Assembly (NCBI RefSeq): GCF_009914755.1 | Contig: NC_060929.1 | DNA from: the human T2T-CHM13v2.0 reference genome, Homo sapiens | Strand: one strand, 5' to 3' | DNA length: 64,000 nt | In this document: in pieces, positions 1 to 14,100 of the stretch | Layout: each line of letters starts with the position of its first letter | Position numbering within the stretch: position 1 is the first letter of the stretch | Program-made: the position numbers and the translations under genes | Notes under the pieces: model-generated | Database searches by the model: none | Told to the model about the DNA's origin: nothing | The model's input: the letters and a program-made list of their open reading frames with translations, nothing else

Positions 1-3000
1 ATCACAAACCAGTTTCTCAGAAAGCTTCTATCTAGTTCTTCAATGAAGATACTTCCTTTTCCACCTTAGGCCTCAATGCGCTCCAAAATTTTCCCTTGCA
101 GATTCTACAAAAACACTGTTTCCAAATTGTTCCATCAAAAGAAGGACAACTCTGTTAGATGAATGTACAGATCAGAAAGCAGTTTCTCATAACACTTCTT
201 TCCTGTTTTTATATGACAATAGTTCCTTTTTCACCATAGGCTTTTTTGTGCTACCTAATATCGCTTTTTAGATTATACAAAAACAGCGTTTCAAAACAGC
301 TCAGTCAAAGGAAAGATTCAAATCTGTGTGGTGAATGGACACATCAAAAAGCCATTTCTCAACATGCTTCTATTTTTATCCAAATATATTTCCTTTTTCT
401 CCATAGGCCTGAGATAAGTTCTGGCTAGTTATTCTCTGAAGATATTTCCTTTATCACCATAGGCTTCAATGGGCTGCCAAATATTCCATTGCAGATTCTA
501 CAAAAAGACTGTTTCCAAACTGCTCAACAAACAGTGTTAAATTTGTGAGTTGAAGGCACATATCACAGAGCAGTTTCTCAGATAGCTTCTGTCTAGTTCT
601 TCTCTGAAGATATATCCTTTTCCACCATAGGCCTCAATACGCTCACAAATATCCCTTCACAGATTCTATGAAACTGTTTCTGAACTCTTCCTTCAGAAGA
701 AGGATTTATCACTGTGAGATGAACACACACATCAGAAAGCAGTTTCTCTTAATGCTTCTTTCCAGTTTCTATCTGAAATTAATTCCTTCTTCACCATAGG
801 ACTTTTTGCGTTACTTAACATCAATTTGCAGATTATACAAAAACAGTGTTACCAAACTGCTCTGTCAAAAGAAAAGTTTGACTCTTTGAGATGAATGCAT
901 ATATCACAAAGCAGTCTCTCAACATCTTCTTTCTAGTTTTCACTCTAAGATATTTCGTTTTTAACCATAGGCATCTGTGGGCTCCCAAATATCCCTTTGC
1001 AGATTCTACAAAAACAGTGTTTCCAAACTACTAAATTCAAATAAACATTTAACTTTGTGAGAAGAACACACACATCACAAAGAGATTTCACAGAAAGCTT
1101 CTTTATAGTTGTTATCTGAAGTTATTTCCATTTTCACCATAAGCCCCATGCACACCCAAATATCCCTCCACAGATGATTGTACAAAAACAGTGCTTCCAA
1201 ACTGCTCCATCTAAAGAAGGACTTTGTGAGATGAATGTACACATCAGAAAGCAGTTTCTCATAACGCTTCTTTACAGTTTTTATCTGTAGATATTTCCTG
1301 GTTCACCTTAGGCTTTTTTGTGCTTCCTGATATTGCTTCTCAGATTTTGCAATAACAGTGTTTCAAAATTGCTCCATTAATAGAAAGTTTTACCTCTGTG
1401 AGATGAATGCCCACTTCACAAAGCAGTTTCTCAAAAAGCTTCTTTCTAGTTTATATCCGAAGATATTTCCTTTTTCATCATAGGCCTTGTGCGCTCCCTA
1501 ATATCCCCTCACAGACTGTACAAAGCAGTGTTTCCAGACTGCTCATTCAAACTGAATGTTAACTCACTTCACTAAACAGTTGCTCAAAACTTCTTTGTAG
1601 TTTTCATCCAAGGATATTACCTTTTTCAACATAGGCCTCAATGTGCTCCCAAATATACTTTTGCAGACACTACAAAAACAGTGTTTCACAACTGCTCAAT
1701 CAAGAGAAAGGTTTAACTCTGTGAGATGAATGCACACATCTGAAAGCAGTTTCTTATAATGCTTCTTTCCAGATTTTATCTGAAGAAATTTCCTTGTTCA
1801 ACATAGGCCTTTTGTGTTACCTAACATCAATTCACAGATGATAAAAAAGAGTACTTCCAAACTGCTCCTTCAAAATAAAAGTTTAACTCTGTGAGATGAA
1901 TGCATCCATCACAAAGCAGTTTCTCAAAGAGCTTCCTTCTATTTTTTATCAGAATATATTTCATTTTTCACCAAAGGCATCAGTGTCTCCCAAATGTCCC
2001 TTTGCAGATTCTAAATAAACAGTTTCCAAAATGATCTATCCAAAGAAACTTTTATCTGTGAGAAGAATGCATACATCACTGAATGATATCTCAGAAAGCT
2101 TGCTTCTATTTTTTATCTGAAATTATTTCCTTTTTCACCATAGGCCTCATGTGCTCCCAAATATCCATTCGCAGATCCTACAAAAACAGTGTTTCCAAGC
2201 TGATCAATGAAAAGAAAGGTTTAACCCCATGAGGTGAATGCACACATCACAAAGCAGTTTCTCAGAAAGCTTCCTTCTAGTTTTTATCCGAAGATATTTC
2301 CTTTTTCACCATAGGTTTCAAAGCACTCCAAAATATTCAATTGCAGATTCTACAAAAAACAGTGTTTCCAAACTGCCTAATCAAAAAGCATGTTTAACAT
2401 CATGAGTTGAAAGCACACAACACCAAGCAGTTTTTCAAAAAACTTATTTCTATTTTTTATCCAAGATAATCACTTTTTCACCATAGGACACTGTGTGCAC
2501 CAAAATATACCTTTGCAGATTCTAGAAAAACAGTGTTTTGAAACTGCTCTTTCAAAAGAAAGGTTTAACTCTGTGAGAGGAATGCACACATCACAAAGCA
2601 GTTTCCTGGAAAACTTCTGTCTAGCTCTTCTCTGAAGATATTTCATTGCTCACAATAGGCCTCAGGGCGCTCCCAAATATACCTTGGCAGATTCTACAAA
2701 AACAGTGTTTCCAAACTGCTCAATCAAAAGAAGAGTCTAACTCTTTGAGATGAATGTATACATCACAAAACAGTTTCTCAAAAAGTTTCTTTCTAGAATT
2801 TTTATCTGAAGATATTTTCTTTTCCAGCATAGGCATCAGTGGACTCCCAAATATCCCTTTGCAGATTTTACAAAAACACAGTTTCCAAACTGCTCAATCA
2901 ACAGAAACGTTTAACTCTGTGAGAAGAATACACACAACAAAAGTGGTTTCTCAGAAAGTTTCTTTCTAGTTTTTATCTGCAATTATTTCCTTTTCCACAA

Positions 3001-6000
3001 TTGGCCTCATGGGCTGCAAAATATCTCTTTGCAGATTTTTCAAAAACAGTGCTTCCAAGCTGCTCAATCAAGAGAAGGTTTTAACTCTGTGAGAAGAATG
3101 CACCGATCACAAAGTAGTTTCTCAGAAAACTTCTTTCTAGTTTTTATTTAAAGTTATTTCCTTTTTCACCATTGGCTTTGTGCGCTCCCAAATATCCCTT
3201 TGGAAATTCTGCAAAAACATTGTTTCCAAACTGATCAATCGAAACAGAAGTTTAAAACTGTGAGACGAATGCAGACTTCACAAAGCAGTTTGTCAAAAAG
3301 CTTCTTTCTAGATTTGATCCAAATGTACTTTCCTTTTCACCATAGGCTTCCATGCACTCCCAAATATCCCTTCACGGATTCCACAAACACAGTGTTTCCA
3401 AACTGCTCAATCAAAACAAAGGTTTCAGTCTGTGACATGAATGTACACATCACAAGGCAGTTTCTCAGAAAGCTTCCGTCTATTTCTTCTCTGAAGATAT
3501 TTCCTTTTCCACCATAGGCCTCTAGATGCTCCCACATATCCCCTCCTAGATTCTACAAATACAGTGTTTCTACACAGTTCCATTGAAAGAAGGACTTAAC
3601 TGTGTGAGACAAATGCACACATCGAAAGCAGTTTTTCATAACGCTTCTTTCCATTTTTTGTATGAAGATATTTCCCTGCTCACCACAGGCCTTTTTGCAC
3701 TACCTAACATCGATTTGCTGATTATACATAAACAGTGTTTCCAAACTGTTCAGTCAAAAGAAAAGTTTAACTCTGTAAGATCAATGCATCCATCATGAAG
3801 CAGTTTCTCAAAGAGCTTCTTTCTAGTTTTTATCTGAATATATTTGCATTTTCACCACAGGGGTTCTTGAGCTACTTGACCTACCTTTGCAGATTTTGCA
3901 AAAGCTGTGTTTCCAAACTTCTCAGTCATGAGAAAGGTTTAAATATGTGAGATGAATGCACACATCAAAAAGCAGTTTCTCTGAACCCTTCTTTCTAGTT
4001 TTTATATCAAGTTATTTCCATTATCACCATAGACTTCATTGCACTGCCAAATATCCCTTCACTGATTACATAAGAACAGTGTTTCCAAACTGCTCAGTCA
4101 AAAACAGGTTGAACTCTGCAATTGGAACACACACATTACAAAGCATTTTCTCAAAAATCTTCTGTCTAGTTTATATCACAGGATATTTCTTTTATCACCT
4201 TAGGTTTCTATGCACTCCCAAATATCCCTTTGCAGATTCTACAAAACCAGTGTTTCCAAATGGTTCAGTCAAAATAAAGGTTTAAGTCTGTGAAATGAAT
4301 GCACACATCACAAAGCAGTTTCTCAAATAGGTTCTTCCTAGGATTTCTCCAAAAATATTGCAATAATACTCTTCAAAGTGCTCTGAAATATCCCATCACA
4401 GAATCTACAAAAGCAGTGTTTCCAAACTGCTCAATCAAAAACCTGGTTTAACTCTGTGAGATGAAGGCACACAACCCAAAGCAGTTTCTCAGAAAGCTTC
4501 TGTCCAGGTCTTCTTTGAAGTTATTTTCTTGTCCACTATAACCCTCAATGAGCTTCCAAATATACCTTCACAGATTCTATAAAAACAATGTTTCCCAACA
4601 GTTCTATCAAAACAAGGATTAACTCTGTGAGATGAACACAGACATCAGAAAGCATTTTCTCATAACACTACTTTCCAGTTTTTATTTGAAGATATTTCCT
4701 GTTCAGAGTAGGCCTTTCTGCACTATGTAACATCGCTTTGCAGATTGTACAAACAGTTTTTCCAAACAGCTCAGTCAAATAAAGGTTTAACTCTGTGAGA
4801 GGAATGCACACATCACAAAGCAGTTTCTCAGAAAGCATCAGTCTAATTCTTCTCTGAAGATATTTCCTTTTCCACCATATGCCTCAATGTGCTCCCAAAT
4901 ATCCCTTTGTAGATTCTACAAAAACAGTGTTTCTAAACTCCTCCAAGGAAAAAAGGACTTAATTTTCTGCGATGAACGCTGACATCAGAAAGCAGTTTCT
5001 CATAAAGCTTCTTTCCACTTTTTATCTGAAATCATTTCCTTTTTCACAGTAGGCTTTTTTGTGTTTCCTAATATCGCTTCACAGATTTTGCAAAAACCGT
5101 GTTTCCAAACCACCAAGTCAAAAAAATGTTTAACTCTGTGAGATGAATGCACACATCACAAAGCAGTTTCTCAAAAAGCTTCTTTCCAGCTTTTATCTGA
5201 ACATACTTCCTTTTTCAACAGAGGCTTCAAAGTGCTCCCAAATATCCCTTCACAGATTCTATGAAAACAGTGTTTCCAAACTGCTCAGTCAAAACAAAAA
5301 GGTTTAACTCTGTGAGATAAATTCAAGCATCTCAAAGCACTTTCTCAGAAAGCATCTGTCTAGCTCTTCTCTGAAGATATTTCTTTTTCCACCATAAACC
5401 TTAATGCACTCTGAAATATCCCTTTGAAGAATCTACAAAAACAGTGTTTCCAAACTACTCAATCAAAAAAGAGGTTTAACTCTGTGAATTGAATGCACAC
5501 CTCACAAAGTAGTTTCTCAAAAATCTTCTTTCTAGTTTTTTTCCAAAGATGTTACCTTTTTCACCATAGGCCTCAGTGCACACCAAAATATACTTTTGCA
5601 TATTCTACAAAAACCGTGTTTCCAAACTGCTCAATAAAAAGAAATCCTTAACTCTGTGACATGAATGCACATATCATAAAGCAGTTTCTCAGATAGCTTA
5701 TGTCAAGTTCTTCTCTGAAGATAATTCCTTTTCCTCCTGAGACCTAAATGCACTCTCAAATATCCCTTCACAGATTTTATAAGAACAGGGCTTCCAAACG
5801 GTTCCATCATAACTAGGATTTAACTCTGTGAGATGAACAGACATATGACTAAGCTGTTTCTCATTGCGCTTCTTTCCAGTTTTTATCTGAATATTGTTCC
5901 ATGATGACCTTAGGCCTTTTTTCTCTACAAAACATCGCTTCACAGGTTATACAAAGACAGTGTTTCCAAACTGTTCTGTCAAAATAAAAGTTTAACTCTG

Positions 6001-9000
6001 TGAGATGAATGCATACGTTACAAAGCAGTTTCACAAAAGTGTCTTGTTCATTGTTATTGGAAGATATTTCCTTTTTCACCATAGGCATCAGTGTGCTTCG
6101 AAATCTCCCTTTGCAGATTCTAGAAAAACAGTGTCTGCAAGCTGATCAATCAACAGAAACGTTTAACTTAGAGAGAAGAATGCAGACATCACAAAGTGGT
6201 TTCTCAGAAAGCTTCCTTCTAGTTTTTATCTGAAGTCATTTCCTTTTTCACCATAGGCCCTGTGTGCTCCCAAATATCCCTTTGCAGATTCTACAAAAAC
6301 TGTGTTTCCAAACTGTTCCATCAAAAGGAAGTTGTAAGTCTGTGAGATGAATGCACACGTCACAAAGCAGTTTCTCAGGGAGCAACTGTCTAGTTTTTCT
6401 CTGAAGTTATTTCCTTTTCCACCGTAAGTGTTAATTCACTCCCAAATATCCCTTCATAGATACTACAAAACCAGTGTTTCCAAACTGTTCCATCAAAAGA
6501 AGGACTTAACTCTGTGAGATGAACTTACACATCAGAAAGCAGTTTCTCATAACACTTCTATTGAGTTGTTATATGAAAATATGTCCATCTGAAGATATTT
6601 CCTTGTTCACCATAGGCTTTTTTACACTACAAAATATTGCTTCACAGATTTTGCACAAACAGAGTTTCCATCTGCCCAGTCATATGAAAGGTTTCACTCC
6701 ATGAGATGAATACACACATCACAAAGCAGTTTCCCAAAAATCTTCCTTCCAGTTTTTATCCAAAAATATTCCATTTATCACCGTAGGCTTCAATGCGCTC
6801 CCAAATATCCTGTCGCAGATCCTACAAAAACAGTGTTTCCAAACTGCTCAGTTAAAATAAAGGTTTAACTCTGTGAGATAAACACACACATCACAAAGCA
6901 GTTTCTCAGATTGTTTCTGTCTAGTTCCTCACTGAAGATATTTCCTTTTCCACCATAGGCCTCAATGCACTCCAACATATCAATTTGCTGATTCTATTAA
7001 AAAGTTGCTTCTGAACTGTTCCATCAAAAGAAGGATTTAACTCTGTGAGATGAATGTGCATATGAGAAAGCTGTTTATCATATCTCTTCTTTCCAGTTTT
7101 TATCTGAAGTTATTTCCTTCTTCATCATAGGCCTCATGAGCTCCCATATATCTCTTCGCAGATTCTACAAAAACAGTGTTTCCAAACTGATCAAACAAAA
7201 GAAAGGTTTAACTCTTTGAGATAAATGCAGACATCACTAAGCAGTTTCTCAAAATGCTTCTTTCTAGATTTTATCAGAAGATATTTCCTTTTCCACCATA
7301 GGGCTAACAGCGCTTTCCAATATCCCATTGCAGATTCTACAAAAACAGTGATTCCAAACTCCTCAATCAAAAGACAGCTTTCAGTCTCTGAGAAGAATGT
7401 ACACTTCACAAAGTGGTTTGTCAGAAATCTTCATTCTGAGAAAGTTGTTATCTGTAGGCATTTCCTTTATTTACAATAGGCCTCAGTGCCTTACCAAATA
7501 TCCTTTCACAGATTCTACTAAAACAGCATTTCCAAACTGCTCAATCAAAACAATCTTTTAACTTTGTGACAAGAATGCACACATCACAAAGCAGTTTCTC
7601 AGAAAGATTCTTTCCAGTTTTTATACAAAGGTATTTCCTTCTTCACCATAGTCTTCAATGCTCTCCCAAATATCCCTTTGCTGATTGTACAAAAAGAGTG
7701 TTTCAAAAATGCTCAATCAAAAGAAACTTTATCTCTGTGAGATAAAAGCACACATAAAAACCCAGTTTCTCAGAAAGCTTCTGTCCAGTTCTCTCTGAAG
7801 ATATTTCCTTTTCCAGCATAGGACTCAATGCCCTGCCAAATATCCATACACAGGTTCTACAAAAACAGTGTTTCCAAACTGTTCAACCAAAAGAAGGACT
7901 TAACTCTGAGATGGATGCACACATAAGAAATCAGTTTCTCATGGAGCTTCTTTACAGTTTTCATCTGAAGGTATTTCCTTCTTCACTGTAGGCTTTTTTG
8001 TGGTACCAAATATTGCTTCACAGATTTTTGCAAAAACAGAGTATCCAAAGTGCTCAGTCAAAAGAAAGTTTTGACTCTGTGAGATGAATATATGCACCGT
8101 AGGCATCAGTGTTCTCCTAATTATCCCTTTGCAGATTCTATAAAAACAATGTTTCCAACCTGCTAAATCAAATAAAGGTTTAATACTGTTAGAACAATGC
8201 ACACCCCACAAAGGGATTTCTCAGAAGCTTCTTTCTAATTTTTATCTGAAGTTATTTCGTTTTTCACCATAGGCCTTGTGCGTTCCCCAATATCCTTTTG
8301 CAGATTGTACAAAAACAGTGTTTCCAAGCTGACCAATCAAAAGAAAGTTTTAACTCTGTAAGATGAATTCACACATCACAAAGCAGTTTATCAAATGGCT
8401 TCTTTCTATTTTTTATCCGAAGGTGTTTCCTTTTTCAGCATAGTACTCAATGTGCTCCCAAATATACCTGTGCAGGTTCTACAATAAAAGTGTTTCCAAA
8501 TTGCTCAATCAAAAGAAACGTTTAACTCTGCGAGATGAATTCAGGCATCACAAAGCAGTTTCTCAGGTAGCTTCTGTCTAGTTCTTCTCTGAACATATTT
8601 CCTTTTCCACAGTAGGCCTCAATGCACACCCAAATATCACTTCACAGACTCTATGAAAACATTGTTTCTGAATTGTTCCCTCAAAAGAAGGATTTAACTC
8701 TGTGAGATGAACGCACACTTTGGAAATCAGTTTCTCATAACTCTTCTTTACAGATTTTATCTGAATATATTTCCTGGTTCACTGGAGGCTTCTTTTGCAC
8801 TACCTCACGTCGCTTCACAGATTATACAAAAATAATGATTACAAACTGATCATTCCAAAGAAAGGTTTAACTCTATGAGATGAATGCACACATCACAAAG
8901 TCATTTCCCTAAAACGTTCTTTCTAGTTTTTATCTGAAGATATTTCCTTTTCCACCATAGGCATCAATGCACTCCCAAATATGCCTTTGCAGATTCTACA

Positions 9001-12000
9001 GAAACAGTGTTTCCAAACTGCTCAATCAAAAGAAACATTTAACTTTGTGAGAACAATGGACACATCCCAAAGCAGTTTCTCAAAATCTTCTGTCGAGTTC
9101 TTCTCCGAAGATAATTTCTTTTCCGCCATAGGCCTCAAATTGCTCCCAAATATCCCTTCACAGATTCTACAAAAACAGTGTTTCCAAACTGTTCCATCAA
9201 AAGAAGGACTTATCTCTGTGAGATGAACACACACTTCAGAAAGCAGTATCTCATAACGCTTCTTTCCAGTTTTTATCTGAACATATTTCCTTCTTCACCA
9301 TTGGCTTTTTTGCGCTTCCTAATAATGTTTCACAAATCTTGCAAGAAGAGCGTTTCCAAACTGCTCAGTCAAAGGAAAGTTTTAACTGTGTGAGATTAAT
9401 GCACACATCACATAGCAGTTTCTCTAAAATCGTCTTTGTAGTTTTTATCTGAAGATATTTCCTTTTTCACCATAGGTCTCAGTGTGCTCCGAAATACACC
9501 TTTGCAGATTCTACAAAAACAGTGTTTCCATACTTGTCAATCAAAAGAAAGGTATAATTCTGTGAGATGAATACACACTCACAAAGCAGTTTCTCAGATG
9601 TTTTCTCTCTAGTTCTTCTCTGAAGATATTTCCTTTTCCACTATAGGCCTCAATGTGCTCCCAAATTTTCCTTTGCAGATTCTGTACAGACTGTGTTTCT
9701 GACCTGTTCCAGTGAAAGAAGAATTTACCTCTGTGAGGGGAATACAAACATCAGAAATCAATTTCTCATAATGCTTTTTTGCACTTTTTATCTGAAAATA
9801 CCCCTTGTTCACCATAGACCTTTTTCCACTACCTAACATTTCTTTGCAGATTATACAAAAACAGTGTTTCCCAACTGCTCATTGAAAGGAAAGTTTAACT
9901 CTGTGAGATGAATGTGTACATCACAAAGCAGTTTCTCAGAAAGCTTCTTTCTAGGTTTTATCTGAAGTTATTTCCTTTTACACCGTAGGCCTCAATGTGC
10001 TCCTAAATATCCATTGGCAGATTCTGCAAAAATATTGTTTCCAAACTGTTCAATCAAAAGTAATGTTTAAAGTTGAGAGAAGGTTGTACACATCACAAAG
10101 CAGTTTCTCAGAAAGCTATTGTCTAGTTCTTCTCTGAAGATATTTCTTTTTTGACCATAGGCCTCAACACTCTCCATAATATCCCTTCACAGGTTCTACA
10201 GAAACAGTGTTTCTAAGCTGCTCAATCAAAGAACAGGTTTACCTCTGTGATTTGAATGCAAACATCACATAGCAGTTTCTCCAAAATTGTCTTAGTAGTT
10301 TTTATCTGAAGATTTTACTTTGTCACCATAGGCCATAGGCTACAGTGCACTCCCATATATTGCAGCTTCTACAAAAACGGTGTTTCCATACTCCTCAATG
10401 AAAAGAAAAGTTTAACTCTGTGAGATGAATACACATCACATAGCAATTTCTCAGATAGTTTCTGTCTAGTTCTTCCCTGAAGATATTTCCTTTCCTTCAT
10501 AGGCTTCAATGCGCTCCCAAATGTCCCTTCACAGATTGTGTAAAAACAACAGTGTTTCCAAACTGTTCAATGAATAGAAGGACTTAACTCTGTGAGATGA
10601 ACACACTCATGAGAAAGCAGTTTCTCATAAGGCTTCTTTGCAGTTTTTATGTAAAGATATTCCTTGTTCAACATAGACCTCTTTACACTACTTAACATTG
10701 CTTTGCAGATTATACAAAAACAGTGTTTCCCCACTGCTCAGTCAAAGGAAAGTTTAAGTCTGTGAGATGAATGCATACAACACAAAGCAGTTAATTAAAA
10801 AGTTGTTTCTAATTTTTATCTGAAGATATTTCCTTTTACAGCATAGGCCTCAGCGCACTCCCAAATATCCCTTTGCAGATTCTGCAAAAAGAGTGTTTCC
10901 AAACTGCTCAATCAAAAGTAACATTTAGCTTAGTGAGAAGATTGCACACATCACAAAATGGTTTCTCAGAAAGCTTTTTCTAGTTTTTATCTGAAGATAA
11001 TTTTTTTCAAAAGAGGCTTCTTGTACGCCAAAATATCCCTTCACAGATTCTACAAAAGCAGTGATTTCAAACTGATCAATCAAAAAACAGGTTTAACTGT
11101 GTTTGATGAATGCACACATCACAAAGCAGTTACTCAGAAAGCTTCTGCCTAGTTCTTCCCTGAAGATATTTCCTTTATTATCTTAGGCTTCAATGCACTC
11201 TCAAATATCCCATCACAGATTCTACAATAACAAACACTGTTTCCAAACTGCTCCATCAAAAAAGAGTGTTAACTCTGTGAATTGAATGCACATATCACAA
11301 TGTAGTTTCTCAAAACTTTTCTTTCTAGTTTTATCCGAAGATATTTCCTTTATCATCGTAGACCACAGGGTGCTACAAAATATACCTTTGGAGATTCTAC
11401 AAAAACAGTATTTCCAAAATGCTCAATCAAAAGAATGGTTTAACTCTGTGAGATGAAGGCACATGTCACAAGGGAGTTTCTCAGATAGCTTCTGTCTCCT
11501 TCTTCTCTGAAGTTATTTCCTTTTCCATCATAGACCTCAATGTGCTGCCAAATATCCCTTCACAGATTCTTTAAAAAGAGTGTTACCAAACTGTTCCATG
11601 AGAAGAAGGATTTAACTCTGTGAGATGAATGCACACATCAGAAAACAGCTTCTCATAACACTTCTTTCCAGTTTCCATCAGAAGATATTTCATTGTTAAC
11701 CACAGGGCTTTTTGCGATACCCAACATCACTTTGCAGATTTTACAAAAAAAGTGTTTCCAACGTGCTCAGTCAAAAGAAAAGTTTAACTCAGTGAGATGA
11801 ATGCATACATCACAAAGCAGCTTCTCAAAAAGCTTCTTTCTCGTTTTTATCTGAACATATTTCTTTTTCACCATAGGCATCAGTGCACTCCAAAATATCC
11901 CTTTGCAGAAACTACAAAAACAGTGTTTCTGAACTGCTCAATGAAAAGAAACGTTTAACTCTGTGAGAAGAATGCACATATCACAAAGCAGTTTCTTAGA

Positions 12001-14100
12001 AAGCTTCTTTCTAGTTTTAATCTGAAGTTATTTTCTTTTTCACCATAGGCCTCGTTCACTCCCAAATATCCCTTCGCAGTTTCTACAAAAACATTTTTTC
12101 CAAACTGATCAATAAAAACAATGTTTTAACTCTGTGAGTTGAATGCACACATCACAAATCAGTTTCTCATAAAAATTGTTTCCAGTTTTTATCTGAATAT
12201 ATTTCTTTTTTTACCATAGGCTTTTTTGTACTACCATTTATCCCTTCACAGATTTTGCAAAAACAGTGTTTCCAAACTGTTGAGTGGAAAGAAAAGTTTA
12301 ACTCTGTGAGATGAATGCATACATCACAAAGCAGTTTCTCAAAGAGCTTCTTTCTAGTTGTTATCTGAAGATATTTCCTTTCTCACAATAGGCATCAGTG
12401 TGCTCTGAAATATCCTTTGCAGTTTCGAGAAAAAGAGTGTTTACAAAGTGCTCAATCAAAAGAAATGTGTAACTCTGTGAGAAGAATGCACACATCACAA
12501 AGCATTTTTTCAGAAAGATGCTTTCTAGTTTTTATTTGAAGTTATTTCCTTTTTCACCATGGCCCTCATGCTCCCACAAACATCCCTTCACAGATTCTAC
12601 AAAAACAGTGTTTCCAAACTGCTCAGTTGAAAGAAAAGTTTAACACTCTGAGGTGAATGCATACATCACAAAGCAGTTTCTCAGAAATCTTCTTTCTGGT
12701 TTTTATCCAAAGATAATTCCTTTTTCACTATAGGCTTCAGGGCACTCCCAAGTATCCCTTTGCAGATTCTATATAAACAGTATTTCTGAACTGTTCCATC
12801 AAAAGAAAGATTTAATTCTGTGAGATGAATGCACACATCACAGTTTCTCTAAAAACTTCTTTCTAATTTGCATCCAAAATTATTTCCTTTATCACCATTG
12901 GCTTCAATGCGCTCATAAATATCCTGTCTCTTATCCTACAAAAACCATTTCCAAACTGCTCAATCAAAAAACAGATTTATCAGTGAGTTGAATGCACACA
13001 TCACAAAGCAGTTTCTCAAAAATCTTCTTTCTAGATTTTATCCAAAGTTATTTCCTATTTCACCTTTGGTTTCAACACTCCCAAATATCCCATCACAGAT
13101 CCTACAAAAACAGTGTTTCCAAACTGCTCAATCAAAAGAAACGTTTAACTGTGTGATAAGAATGCACACCTCACAAACCAGTTTCTCATAATGCTTCTTT
13201 ACCGTTTTTATATGAAGATATTTCCTTGTTCTGCACTATTTAATATCACTTTGCAGATTTTGCAAAAACAGTGTTTTGAAACTGTTCCATCAAAAGAAGT
13301 TTAACTCTGTGGGCAGAATGCACACATCACAAAGCAGTTTCTCAAAAAGCCTCTTTCTGGGTATTATCTGAATATATTTCCTTTATTGCCATGGGCTTCA
13401 ATGCGCTCCAGAATATCCCATCTCAGATTTTATAAATACAGTGTTTCCAAACTGCTCAATCAAAAAACAAGTTTACTTCTCTGAGTTGAATGCACCCATT
13501 GCAAAGCAGTTTCTCATAAAGCTTTTTTTCTAGTTTTTATCTGAAGATATTTCCTTTTTCACCACAGACTTCAATGTGCTCCCAAATATCCCTTTGCAGA
13601 CTCTACAAAAACTGAGTTTACAAACTTTCGATCAAAAGAAGGACTGAACTCTGTGAGCTGAATGCATACATCAGAAAGTAGTTTCTCATTACACATCTTG
13701 TCAGTTTTTATCTGAAGATTTCTTTTTTCACCATAGGTTTTTTTGCACAAACAAATATTGCTTTGCAGATTATGCAAAAACAGCATTTCCAAACTACTCA
13801 GTCAAAAGAAAAGTTTAAGTCTGTGAGTTGAATGCACACATCCAAAAGCAGATTCTCAAATCCTTCTTTCTAGTTTTTATTCAAAGGTATTTCCTTTTCC
13901 ACCATATGCCATTGTGCATTCTCAAATATATATTTGAAGAGTCTACAAAAACAGTTTTTCCAAACTGCTTAATCAAAAGAAAGGTTTGACTCTCTGGGGT
14001 GAATGCACAGATCAGAAAGAAGTTTCTCAAGTACCTTCTGTCTAGTTTTTCTCTGAAGATATTTCCTTTTTCATGATATTTTTCAATGCACTCCCAAATA
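1..14100 (-). repeat. Diverged alpha satellite (ALR/Alpha) array, main variety; antisense to the conventional orientation
   Basis: Continuous ~171-172 bp tandem units such as tttctcagaaagcttctttctagtttttatctgaagatatttcctttttcaccataggcctcaatgcactcccaaatatccc...gattctacaaaaacagtgtttccaaactgctcaatcaaaagaaaggtttaactctgtgagatgaatgcacacatcacaaagcag. The reverse complement matches primate alpha satellite. Neighbouring units differ by many substitutions and indels. Confidence 0.98.
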
